From Amoebophrya sp. A120 (taxonomy: Eukaryota; Protista; Dinoflagellata), in the NCBI GenBank assembly GCA_905178155.1, contig CAJINV010000003.1, positions 1,669,557 to 1,733,556 of the forward strand: DNA of 64,000 nt. The letters run 5' to 3'. A model generated the notes under the pieces. The model did no database searches, had not been told where the DNA came from, and saw nothing but the letters and a program-made list of their open reading frames with translations. Position 1 is the first letter of the stretch; each line of letters opens with the position of its first letter. A program made the translations under genes and the position numbers. This document shows, in pieces, positions 23,978-36,318 of the stretch.

Positions 23978-26900
23978 TCAGCTGCCAGCGGCTTCGCGTT
24001 CCGCAATTTTGCGTAGAAAGTCTAGTCCTGGCCGGTTCTTCGGAGGTGGATCGGGAGCGGTTACGGTTTGCATGCCGGGCTCGTCGTCAGCGCTACGAGG
24101 GAGAAATGACCCTTGAATCGCCTGTGACTGTCCACCTTGTATTCGCCGCTGGAGATATCGGTCGAAGTGTGCTTGACATTCGAGTGACTGTGTCCTCTGG
24201 TTACTCGGTGGATCAATGGTACAATTGCTTTCATCATCACTTGGCTTGGGGGTCCCCACGACAAGACCCACTTCGTTCTTCTTATCCTCGTCGTCGGAGG
24301 CTGGTGCGTCGCGGGGGAAGTTTCTTTTGGATCGCTTAATCAGCTGAAGATGATCGGCCTCGCAGAACACGAGAGGCACCACGCCGTCACCGACCCCAGA
24401 AATGACCCCCGGATGATAGAAAACTGCACTCGTGTTCTTGCTCTCGTCCATTTTTACATCGTCCACAGCACCTGCTGCTGTCGTTTTTTGGCGCCGAGCA
24501 GTACTAGGGTCTTGGCTACGTGTCGGATCAGCACAGTGTAGTTGACGTCCGTGAGCATTTGTCGTACTGCTGGAGGAGCCAGCACTTCTCGCGTCGAGCG
24601 GGTGGAGATCTTTCATCGAAGCGAAGTGCGCTGTTGTCCTCAGTGCGTCTACTTGCTGACTTCGCGGGTTGCTCCTTTTGATGCGCGTGGAAGCAGCAAA
24701 CGAGGGCTCGTCTCCAGGAGGCTCGTCCTCGAAAGGAGCTGGGCGTGCTGAGTCATGAGCTGAGCTGTAGAAATCACCCATCGGTTGCGCCGCTTCGCGG
24801 AACTTCTGGTCGGCATTGTTCAATGACGGATCCAGATCGAGATTTCCTGCTGGTACTTTGCTTCTTTGTCTACTAGCCGCACCAGCATCTGCTGCTGCTC
24901 CTGAAGTAGAGTTGGAGCCGGGTACTTCTTGCGTTATCCCGTCACGACCTAAGGATGTTGCTGTACATTGTTTGGATGCTCCGACGGGGTCGACGTCGTC
25001 GTCCGCCACGCCGAAGTTCTGAAGCATACTCGCGAAAACCCCGCTCTGCACCATGTGGCTCAGGCTCAAGTCAAACCGCGCAAAACTGTTCCACACGTTG
25101 GTTTTCGAACCACGTATCGAAGATAGGAACGAAATTTCTCGTTCATCGTGCTGCGGAGTAGCTCCGATTTCCTGGTGGACTCCTGAGGCTGAGGCATTGA
25201 CAGGTCCAGCACTTCCAAGGTTATGTTGTGGTCGGCCAGAATTATGTACGTGTTCCAGCAGGGGGCTGCGGAAGTGAAAGTCCCGCACTACGAGAACCAA
25301 TGTTGCGAGTTCGTTCAAGACCCGACAGACCGACTCTCCGTAGCCGTGTGCGAGCTCAGTGCGCAGCAAATCGGGCGAAGGGCACACTTTCTCGATGGAA
25401 ATTCGAAGCATGTTCTGAATTTCATGCTCCAGCGCGGATTCTGGTGATCCTTCTTGTCCCGCGAAAGTGTCGCGGCCGCGAAGGGTCTCCACTTGTTCCT
25501 CTCCTTCTCGTACAGCTGGCGCGGACAGGTGCAGCACTTTCGTGACCAGACGGCGTAAAAAGTCCGCGACGGCCTGGTCGAGGCTTGTAGAGGGCCAGGA
25601 TGCGGTGCTGCTTCGTGAGCTGCTAGTTCTCGAGCGCAGCTCCTGTAGCTCGTGCGCAAGACTTTCTACAACAGCGCTGCTGCTTCTCGCCGTCGAGTGA
25701 CTGGAAAGAAGCTGGCGCAGCAACCACAGCAGGAGGTCCGCGGTAGCAAAAAACTGAGAGTACCGCCCCAGAACGAACTGGAAAGAGCTGCCGCGTTGAT
25801 GGGAGAGGACACCGCTCCGGTTGGTCCTCGCCGTCGCCCGAGGGAGGCCGTGAGCTGAAGAAGCGGCGGTGGACTTTCGCATGGCTGAGTGCTCGCTTGT
25901 CAACATCATGCACGACTCCCCAAGTTCAATGGTCCCTTCTTCGTCCTCACCGTCCAGCAAGTTTGAGGACAGAGCCAGCGACTCTTTCACGTTGAAAACA
26001 CTCGCCGCGCAGCTGGAAAGCTCGAGATCATCGTCGAGATCATTCATTGCAAGACCATGACCACCGTCGGATGAAGAAACAGGAACAGTCGAAGGTGAAC
26101 CAGTATCATCCATCAAGAAGAGATAGTGCAAAAAGTGCGGCTGCCGAGCTCTACTCGCTTTTGCTGTCGATTGTCTGGATGCGAATACACTATCGACCGG
26201 CGAGGATCTTGATCCATCACAACTTCCGATGTAGCCCAGAAGCTTCAGCTTTTCGCCCAACTCCTCCGCAACGCAAAGCGGGGCGGGGAGCAGCGGATCT
26301 CGTGAAACCCCCGAAGTCGGTTCGACATTCCGCGTCATGAGACTAGTTTTCAGATCTGTCGTAGCGGCCTGCTGGAGAAGCGAACATAAATTCATACGTG
26401 AGGACGAGCCGTGAGTGGCTACTGGAACTGCGTCCTCAGGAGTTTCGCATGGAAACGGTGGGAGTCGACGCTGTGTGGACGTGGACGAAGATGAGGATGC
26501 TTCCACTGTTTTGCCCTTTCGAGGCTCTCCATCGGCAGTTACGTTGTGGGAACCATTTGAGGTTTCGTCATCGTCGCCTTCGGAAGGGAAAGTGTTCGGT
26601 TGCGCGTGTTCTGTTGATGCTGTGCCATCTCTGTTTGATGACGAAGATGAAGACAGGGGATGCAGCTGTTTCGGTTGCCCGTCTTGCTCTTGGTCTTCCC
26701 GTGTTGGGCCGAGATGAAGATCTCTGAAAAGGGAATCCAGATTGCGATCCGCATCCGCCAGACAAACTGACGAAGCAGTAGCGTCACAAGAAGATATCGG
26801 TGGCCGGAGATGATCTCTTACCCCGTGCGGGCCACAACTTTCTTGCAATTGTGAGTTACTCCTGGGTCCTACAGGAACCGGCACAGAGGGGGCAGCAGGG

Positions 26901-29490
26901 ACGTGATGGAACAGCAGTTGCTGCTGTTCCGAGGCCAAGGACGGTTCATCTTGTTCCCGCTCAACAGTATCATCCTGTTGCGAAAAATGCTGCGGACTCG
27001 CAGCTCCCTCAATCATCACGTCGTCGTCTGGCGTTACAGCGGCCCAGGCGTTCTGTCTCCTGCTTTCCGCGTTGTGCGTGTGTAAAAAATCCAGATTGTC
27101 CCGCAGGGGCCCACCTCTCCTAGTGGTGGCACTCACAGACGGCCGGCGCAGGCAGAACTGATCGCGAATGAAAGATCCGCTTTTGCTCAACTCGGAAGAC
27201 GCTCCGGAACAACTGCGCGGCCTGCTCTGATGCTTTTCCCGACTCTTTCTCCGGCGGGTCGCACAAGACGACGACGAGGAGGAGCTGGTGCCTCCTCCAG
27301 CAGGCTCACCGGGACCACTGATCACACTACACGAACCGTGGCTACTGCGCTTTTTGTCCACGATCCTACTTCGGGTCACTGTACTAGATCGCGGCGAGGT
27401 AGGAAGTTTCTCGAGCACGACGAGATTGCCCCGGTTGCTGGAGGCGCTGGAGCAAAAGGACCCCGTTCTGCTGCGGGTGTCAGAAGTGTCCTCGATTGCC
27501 ATCGGCTGCGGCCGATGTTCTCGCAATGAACCCGTTGTGGTGCCAAAACCCGTGTCCTTTTCCATGTGATGATCGTGATCGACACCTCCCTGTTTTTTCG
27601 CTGCTGTTGTGTCGAGCAGCTCCTCTGCAGTCTTGCCGAACGCAGATGCTTCCTTGACTTGTTGAACTTGCTCCACACGCATGTCGACGTCTCCCCTGGT
27701 CGTGGTAGCACTACTACTAGCAGTGTCACGGAAACCAGCCGGTCGAGATTGCTCGTTGTCTCGGTCGCTGTTTCGCTCGAGCGGCGCCGTTTTGGTTTCT
27801 GCGGTAGAACTACAAGTGTTAGCACTTCTACACGCGGTCGACGGATCCTGGACGTTAGCGTGAAACCTCGTTACAGGCACAGGGTCATGTTCTACTTTTG
27901 CTATTCCTGCAAGCGCAGCCTTTGATAGCAGCACGGGCTTCAAGTCGTAGGCCTTCCGTAGCGATGCGAATTCGCGCAAGGCGTCCGCTTGCTCTTCTTG
28001 GCCCAAAATCCCGTCAGTTACGCAATGGCGCGCTTGTACTGCGCTAGGCCGTCGCGTGGGCTGGACTTGAAGCATGTCCGTCACCAGCGCGGCAAACGCA
28101 GGATGAAAGTCCACGCGCACAGTGGCCGCGTGGTGCTTCAGCTTTTGGTACTCGCCCCGTTGAATGCGCTGGAAAAGCTCGTACAGCGACGCGTTTCCGT
28201 TTCCGCCGCTTTTTTTGTAGCTTTGCAAAGCAGGTGGTCCTCCACCAGTAACCAACTGGGCACCAACATCCTCGCCAACTACCGAGGTTGTCGTGGTTAA
28301 TGTGCGAAAAGGTTGCTTCAAGGTGAGTAGCTCATACAGAACGCATCCCAGGCTCCAAACGTCACAGCCGCTGTTGTAACCTTTGTTGGCTAGGACCTCG
28401 GGGGCCATGTAGAGTGGCGTTCCTACTTTCGAAAAGAGTTGCATTTGGTCGCAACCGTCCTCCTCGTCAAACAGAAGTTCATCTGTGGTGTTCCGCGTGC
28501 TGTCAGTCGCCCTAAGATTTGCGGTCGCGGGTCGTACCTCGATTTTCCGCGCGAGGCCGAAGTCCGCCAGTTTGCAGACACCCTGCGCATCCAGAAGAAC
28601 GTTCGCGGGCTTGAGATCTCGATGGAGAACCCCGGCTGCGTGGACGGCGTTCAGCGCACTGGCCAGCTGAACCGCGTACTGCCAAATCTGCGGCTCGGCA
28701 AAGAAGTAGTCTTTGTTCACGCAGCGACGGATCCACCTGACAATGTTTATTTTGTTCGAAGCAGACACTAAAAGGAAATACTTATGAGGCGAGAGAGACA
28801 AGTAAGTAAGTACTCACAGATGGACATGCACGCAGGATCTTTGGGGAACTTCTTCTACTACCCGCAGGTGGAAAAAACAAAAATAGCAGTCTCCTGCTAC
28901 GTTCTCTGAGAACGGTTAACAGCATATAATCTTAATCCACACCTCTTCAAATCTCCCAACGCGCAATGTTCCAGTAGGAGGTCCAGAAATCCTTGCGCAG
29001 AGAAGTAGCTCGAATACATCTGGAGGACATTTGGGTGTGCCTCCATATGGTCCAGAATGTCGACCTCGGACTGGCGGCCGTTCCGAATTCGTTTCAACGC
29101 CGCGTGGGAGCTGGAATCTTCCAGGTTCTTCACGAAGTACACGACGGAAAATTTGCCCCGGCCAAGCACGTTGGCGACCTTGTAGCCATACAACCGGTCT
29201 CCTTTCTCCAGGTCTCCCAGTTGCCTGTTCGCTGCTTGATGATGTTGTGCAGTCACAACTCGAGATCGAGGTGGTGGTGGCTGCCTGGGCGCGCTTGATG
29301 ATGCAGTTGCTGGATGCTGCAGAGGTTGATGGTGCTGGTGCACCAACCGTTGTGCAACATCTTCTCCTTTGCCGAATTCGAGTGCCTGGAAATCGTATGC
29401 GTGCGCCGATGTCGTGCTCGATGCGCTCTTCTTGGGCGATAGCGCCAATCTGGCTCCTGCAGAGACGCCAATACTCGCCGTACTTGGCAT
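23978..29490 (-). CDS. NEK (NIMA-related, NEK6/7-like) Ser/Thr kinase with a long low-complexity region and an IFT57-like CH domain
   Basis: LGRGKFSVVY, AALKR, HRDLKPANVLL, KLADFGLAR, VGTPLYMAPE, DVWSLGCVLYEL. GT-AG intron 28737-28942 (GDLKR|WIRR). The 3' end is uncertain; a further exon near 23700-23900 is possible. Confidence 0.88.
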
Positions 29491-30345
29491 GCTAGCACAC
29501 TGGGACGATTACTTACCCCCAACGTGTGTCTCGGGGCCGGCAGAGTTTCAGCAAGTAGCCAAGGTGTGATCGATATCATATACAACACGGCAGCTACATA
29601 GAAGTTCAGAAGTTTGTATGGAACTCGCCGGCGCTTCTGACTTCGGTACACAATTGTACCCAGTGGCACATAGCGCGGTATGCGAATGCGGTACCAACTC
29701 CAACAGCTGTTTCGTTACACTTACAACAACGAACAATTTCTTCTTCTACACAAACGCATTGATGTATTTCTATTTCATCCTTTGGCAACAGAACTAACAC
29801 TAAGTGAGTGGATTTTTTCGGAAGACGCGGAAAGGTGAACACGAAGCATTTCGCCGAACGGAAAAGGTGTTGAAGGTTGATCCTTCTTCTTGCCTCTATT
29901 TTTTTTTCGCCTTTGTCAGCCTGGCGTTTCAGCAACGGTCTTTCTTTTCAACATAAAACCTGCGCTGACCACAGCAGATAGATCCAACCTATTCAGCAAC
30001 TAGGAGCCGTAGCCAGGCGGAGCAAAACTGCGTGTCACCTACACGAGTGACTGTGATCATAAATTCAAACACAAACACATCTACAGCTCGCTTGTCTGAC
30101 TTAGGAATCTTCAGGATCACTGACTACATTCAAGATTTCTTCTTTTAGCATCGCATTCGCATGCTGAAATCAAAAAGTTCCGCTAGACAATTTCATTGAC
30201 CGTTTTTCATGTAAAATCATGAACTTTTACCTTGAAAAATCCTTTGACTTTCTTTCAATCACAGCTGCGCTGAGGGACGATATTCCGCGACATCAAGCTC
30301 ATCCTGTTCGTTCTGGTGTCGATGGAACAACAACAAGTGTTGCTG

Positions 30346-33300
30346 CTATCTGGCTGCGACTGGTGTTTCATCGGGTCCCATCGGAAACCCGCTTTGGCTC
30401 ATCACCGAGTCGATGTCCTGCCCGTCCAGAATTCGGTTTAGCCGGGCGGTGCGGCCTCCTTCGAGCGTCCGCGGTTTGAACGTGTATTCTTGCAACCTGA
30501 TAATTCAATTTCAACCACGTAGAGCGCTTGTTCCTTCAGCGAGCCTACAAGGAGGCGGAAGGCAAGGACGCGCTTCGATTTAAGTAGGTAGCTAGAGGCT
30601 AGTTGTACAGCTGTATTGTTACCAAACAGAAGTAGACCAACGAAAAAACAAAAAGTTATTGAAGAAAGTACCCATACCTCTTTTCTGCCTCCTGTTCGGC
30701 ACGAAGCATTCGCCTACCGTCTCGTGTTTCCGACAGGTGAAATGGTCTCGGGACCGTAACGCCGCCGCAGCGCTTTTCCAGGAGACCTGATACATCAAAA
30801 GCAAAAAGCTAAAAAATGAATTCGAAAGCATGTCCACGTCCTGACTTCAAAGGCCCATGAAGAATCAAGGACGTTTCTTGCGCGATTTTTCCTTTAATAG
30901 GTTCGAAGGTACGTCGATGACAAAAGTAGACGGCAGGGTCTAATCTTGTGTGAATAGTTCTTACCCTTGGTTTTTGCTCCCCAGGCGAGCTCTTGTGCAG
31001 CTTTTTCTTCTTCGGCTTTCTTCCGCGCGGCTTCTTTCTGTTCGAGAAACCTGCGTTCATTTGGCCATCTAGGTCGACGTCGGCTTGTGTGCAATCGCGA
31101 TTTCTTGTTCTTGCGGCGGTAAGCAAAAGCTGCAAGACCACAATTCTACTGCCACAGAGAAGAATCCTATCATGAGTAATGAATTCATGCTGTACAGTCA
31201 GAAGTGTAGGAAAAGCAAAAAAATACCTGCTGAGGCCGTTAACGATGATGGGTCCTTGCGGTTTTGGCGGTCGGGTGCCCCGTTTGGGTTTGAAAGTGCA
31301 GTTCTTTTTTTCGCTCTCCTCCAGCAGCTTTTTCTTCTTCTCGATCTCGATTTCCCGTCTCCGCTGCGTTTCGGCGATGTTTTGCAGCAAGTTTTCCTTC
31401 TTCCGCTGGTCGTAGAGGGACTCTGCTTTGGTTCGGTACTTGGGCCTCACCTCCGGGCGAAAGGTGTAGTTCTTCTTGAAGTCGTCTTCTTTTTCCTGTA
31501 ATTGCTGCACGAAAACCTCCTGCCGCCGGTTGTTCTCCTTGTACAGCCGTTCGTGGACGGGAATCATATTCCCCTCCGCGTCAAACCCCTTTTGCACGTA
31601 AGCCGGAGGAGCTGGATGTACCTCCAATAAGGATGCATCCTCTCGCTCGACTCCCGAGGCCGTCGACTTGTCGAGGCCGTCTACTTCGCCAACCGACACC
31701 GACCGCGCTTTATTATTGCCTCGCGGGGAAAATGCCGTCATGGACTTGTTTTCTCCGCCAACTTGACTTTTGTTCATCACCAGCTTGGAGCTGACCGGAT
31801 TGATCTTGGGCTGAAACGTGTAGTCCTTCAGGTGTTCCTGCGCTATCATCTGCTGTTATCACAGGAAAAAGCGTTAACGTTAACGGAATTTGTGACGCAG
31901 GAACGCATCAGAAAAGCAAAAGGTACCTAAATTTGTATTGCATAGCATGTATTCTAGGCAAAATCTGCCATGCATAGCTGCAATCTGTGAAAACCGTTAA
32001 CGTTAACACTTCTTTGTTTGATAGCTGTCGCTGCTCCCGCTCCTTTTGCTCCGCGGTGGACATGCGATCCTGCCACGCACCTTCCGCGTTCAGTCGCTTC
32101 ACGTTCGTGCGCGCCAGCGCCTCGCTCACCTTACTGATGGTCGGCTGGAACCTGAAAAGTGAGAGTCAAGTCGTGTAAGCAGGCACATAGTGTGGCAGAA
32201 TTGTACTTTTTATTTCCACGAAACACGGCACCCGAACACCCAGAAAAGCAGCAATACGTCGAGAAGACATCGGAGCACGGAAGTATCGTTACTTACCTAG
32301 CCTAAACAAAACCAAAAGTCGCTTTATTTTGTAAGTACTTCATGTCTGCTTCTTGAATTTTTCGTCTCAATTCCCTTCGCTGCGTGCGAGCGTCTTCAAA
32401 GGTTTGCTGACGCACGAGAAAATCGGAGCAGGGGCCCTGGAAAAAGACGCTTTGCTCAACGATGGCATCTATCAAAAGTAAAAATGTCTGGGTCTGGGAA
32501 CTTGTGATGCTGGGTGGCGTCTCATGATGAGGCTACAAATGCTGGCTCAGCATGACAAGTTTCTGAGCTCCTAGGTGTGGCCTAATCTGCATGACAAACT
32601 GCGCTTCTGCATTACAGAAAAGCGGAGCTCTTGGGTGACATGCATGACAGATTTAAGAGTCATGCCAGACAAGCATGACAAACATGAATTCTTCCAGACC
32701 CAGACATTTTTACAGTTGATAGCATCGGTTTTCGGCGCAGACAGTTTTGCGGTGGCCGCGTCCATGACCATTTGCCCGGCGCCGTCCTGCTGCTCGAGCT
32801 GCTTTTTCAACTTTCCCACGTGATACAGCCGGTCAGCGGCGTTCTGCACGAACAGCGCCGCCTCGCCGTCGACGTCTTGCCCGCTCTCTATGGCGTTCTC
32901 AGGTGTTACATTCTCGACTGTTACATGACTTTGTCCATGCAGAACTACCATCAAGAGGATCCACACGAGAAAGCGTCTTCGCATGACAAATTTGCGAAGG
33001 GCTAAACAGCACATAAATCTGTGCAGAACTTGTAATGCTAGAGGTGCAACCTCCCCCATTTCACTTTTGCAATTCTTGCATCGCAAATTCATGTATACAG
33101 TTTAGAATGTAACAGTTGAGAACGCCATACTCGCGACGAGGCGCTGCGCCTCCTCGCGCTTCTTCTGGATCATGCGTTCCGAAGCGGCGGAGAGCTTGGG
33201 GCGAAAAGTGGCGTTCTCCCGTCGCTCCACCTCCATCTGCGTCTGCAGCAGGTGCTCGGCCTTTTTGCGCTGTTCCTCGTCGACGCGCTCGCGCAAGGGT

Positions 33301-34852
33301 TTGTCTCGCCATCGACCGGGCGCACCGGCTGAAGCACTCCGGGGACCTGGGTGTGAGGAGCGAAAAACTTAGCTCGGCACAGTATCAATGAAAGGAATGC
33401 ATCATATATGAAAATGAATGCTAGAGCTAGTTTAGAAATAAATTTTCATCCGCCTGGGAGCAGGAGACTGCGATCACCAAAAGAAACCTATTCAACGTAT
33501 GACCTTCCGGTTTTTAGACTCAGCTTCAAATCAAAACCATTGTTGCGCTGTGGGCAATAAAAGATCATATTGTAGTAGTAGTGATTCCCAATCAGGAGTA
33601 TTCATAACATCAGTTCCACGAAATAAAAACGCATCTACCTCCAGTAGTTCTCCTGCCAAACGCGTTTTGCCGTCCCCGGCCGGGCTCAAGATTTGGCTGG
33701 AACGTGAGTTCCTGGACTTCACTCTCCTCGAGGAGGGACTTCGCCTTCTCTCGTATGCGGTTTCGCTGGTCGGCTTCGTGGTGAAGGCGTTCGAACATCT
33801 CCTCCGGCGATTCTTCGTACTCCACGGCAGATATCTGATTGCTGTTTTTCTGGATCCGCGTGTTGGGGCGAAACGTGCACTCCTTCATTTTTTCTTCCTC
33901 GAGCAGTTGCTTTGCCTTCCCCCGCGCCTCCAGCTTTCGTTTGTGCTGCAGGGCCCACATGGCTGCTCTGTCCTCCAGCCGCAGCTCGGCCTCCTGCCGT
34001 GACACCACGAGGGTTTGATTTCCCGCTTGGCTCGTCGGTATCGACGAACTTCCCGCGATGGCCGAGGCCCGCGACTGCGACTTCTTCGTCGAGTGAACTA
34101 CGGTGCTCGTCGTTCCTGGCGGCCTGAGTTTGCTCGTCATGGTACTGCTGCTGCTACTACTTGGTGCATTAGCATTCGGAGGAGCGCGCACGTACTGGCC
34201 TCCCCCCTTGTAAACGAGGTTTTCGTGCAGGGGATCTTGCCGGCTGGCAGCAGCCCCCGCCGCACCACTCCGAGGCTGGTGCAGCTTCGACATGCTACCC
34301 GTCGACGGGGTGGGTGCGTCGGGGAAGTTGGTTGCACCAGCTCCGATAGTATCCCGTGCAAAAGCATCGCATTCGTTTCGTATAAATGCAAGTCTTGCAT
34401 TACAAATCTTTTTCTGAAGGCAAATCCGCATTACAAATTTTCTTTCTCATGCTGAGGAAATTTGTGATGCATTTATACGAGAAGTACGATACTTTTGCAG
34501 TTCATAGGTAGATGAAGATCCCGTCGGTGCGAGCGGCTGAGAGGAATGTGGATTTGTTCCCCGCTCCTCGAGGAGTTGTCTGACCAAATCCTCCGTCTTG
34601 TCCCATCTCGCGCCCCACTCGGATTCCTGCTTCGCGGCCAAATCGTTTGTCTGCTCGTTCTGCCGTTTCTCCGACAGAAGCTCCTGCAAAAATATTGAAG
34701 ATTAAGATTATCAACATAGAGTTTCGAGCGTCTTGTATCACTTCTCGTTTGGTTTTCCCGAACGCTAAATCGAAAAATCAAATAGATGAAAAGGAAATCA
34801 TGATAAGATGAAACTCATCCAATACCTCAATCAATTTCTCGCGCGGGTCCAT
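30346..34852 (-). CDS. Multi-exon coiled-coil protein with repeated (C/Y)TFxP and RLY motifs; probably microtubule/cilium-associated
   Basis: ECTFRPN, ELTFQPN, NATFRPK, DYTFQPK, NYTFRPE, NCTFKPK and EYTFKPR occur in successive exons. First exon MDPREKLIE; several GT-AG introns plus three introner elements whose removal restores the frame. Confidence 0.7.
32470..32721. mobile_element. Introner-like element, family A
   Basis: TIRs TATCAAAAGTAAAAATGTCTGGGTCTGG / CCAGACCCAGACATTTTTACAGTTGATA; TSD GCATC; junction KTDA|IVEQSVFF. Confidence 0.95.
32889..33129. mobile_element. Introner-like element, family B
   Basis: TATGGCGTTCTCA...TGAGAACGCCATA; TSD CTCTC/CTCGC (4/5); junction RLVAS|GQDVDG. Confidence 0.93.
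34350..34506. mobile_element. Introner-like element, family C
   Basis: TATCCCGTGCAAAAGCATCG...CGATACTTTTGCAGTTCATA; TSD GATAG/GGTAG (4/5); junction TGSSST|GAGATN. Confidence 0.92.
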
Positions 34853-36318
34853 TTTTTTCTTGCTTGTCTTTCTGTCTAGGTAGTTCTTTGTCTGTTTCAA
34901 GAACAGTTTCACTTTCTGTGAGCGTCAAAAAACCGATGTGAGCTAGTACTTGCTACGATGCGGTCTTTTCAGATTCTATCTGCCAAACGCAAACCCTAGT
35001 GAGAGAAAAGCCGGTGTTTGTGCGTTTTTGCGATTTTAAAGGCAGTAATTGCAGACTGAAGGCGCCACATATTTACACTTAACAACTGAAAAACAGAAAA
35101 AGGAAAAGCGAAGAACGAAAGACGATCGAGGACTGTCATCTCTGTCGTATCATAACAACGGCTCTCGTCCGGATGTCAACTCTCTGCTCAAGTAAATTAA
35201 AAACAAAATCATGATTAGGATTACGGAAACAAGCATGGCAAAAATGACGAACGAAACATATGCCAGTGACAAATTTGATGAAGAAAGCAACACTCGAAAG
35301 CATTACCTCCGCTGTGCCTGTGGCTCTTGGCTCCACTGCAGGACAAAAAATGAAGCCCCGAGGGACCATCTGCGGGTGTTTATTTCCGATATTCATTGGC
35401 ATTCAAAAACAACCGTGGAAAGCTGCGTCTTTATGTCGTCAGAGATACTCTAACGGTCGTGAGTCCGCCTCCGGCTGGAATCATTGATTCCGGTTCATCT
35501 ACTAGAATTGTTCATTAGAGTGGCGAAACAAGTCGTGCATTGGAATAGCAATCGCATAAGCATCCCATACGTGCTCGTGGCATTTGGTCGTGACCGTGTG
35601 CGCGCCGTATGAAACCGAATCCGCGCAATAGTTTATTTGACCCGGTGATATAGTACCGCACGCATGGATCTTTATGTAGTTCGATCTGGACTTTTTACAT
35701 AGACTTTTGAATCTCTTGGAGACGTCGAGAAAGTGGTGTCAAAACTGACCGACACGCGAAGTTGCGTCATTGCAACAATGAATCTTCTTCTAAAAAATCT
35801 GTCCCACCTGGCCTACGGAGTAGGGCATAACATCCTCGAGATACTTATTTCTGGTTTTTAGTTTACAATATCAGTTGTATTTTCTATCATGCTATAGATA
35901 GTTTTATTTCAGTTTCACGAAAAAAACGCGAAGGACAAGGGGTAGTCTTAGACTACGTACAGGTCCTACTTCCCAGAACGTGATGCTTCTAAAAAATGGC
36001 GAAAGCAGCAACGAACTGAATCCGTAGACACACACGCGTACCATCCACCGCGTCGGCGTCCTCAGGATGATATCCATATCAATTTCACTAGATTTGTATC
36101 ATGTAACTGTAAGTAACAAGTATCATGTCACATCTTTGTCAATGCCGTAGGACACGACTTTCGATTGCTCATACTACGAAACGGAAACATTGAAACCAAA
36201 ACAAAAAGCAGCGTCATACTACTTCTCGACGAAAGAAACATATACAACCGCGTCGGAGCAACTTTATTCATGGGTGTTGAATGCGTGCGCGCGGACTTCC
36301 CGTCTTTCATCGCGTCGC

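Noticed and set aside
30008-30016. CCGTAGCCA resembling the dinoflagellate spliced leader
   Set aside because: Only 9 nt, on the strand opposite to the genes, and lacking the TTTTGGCTCAAG continuation.
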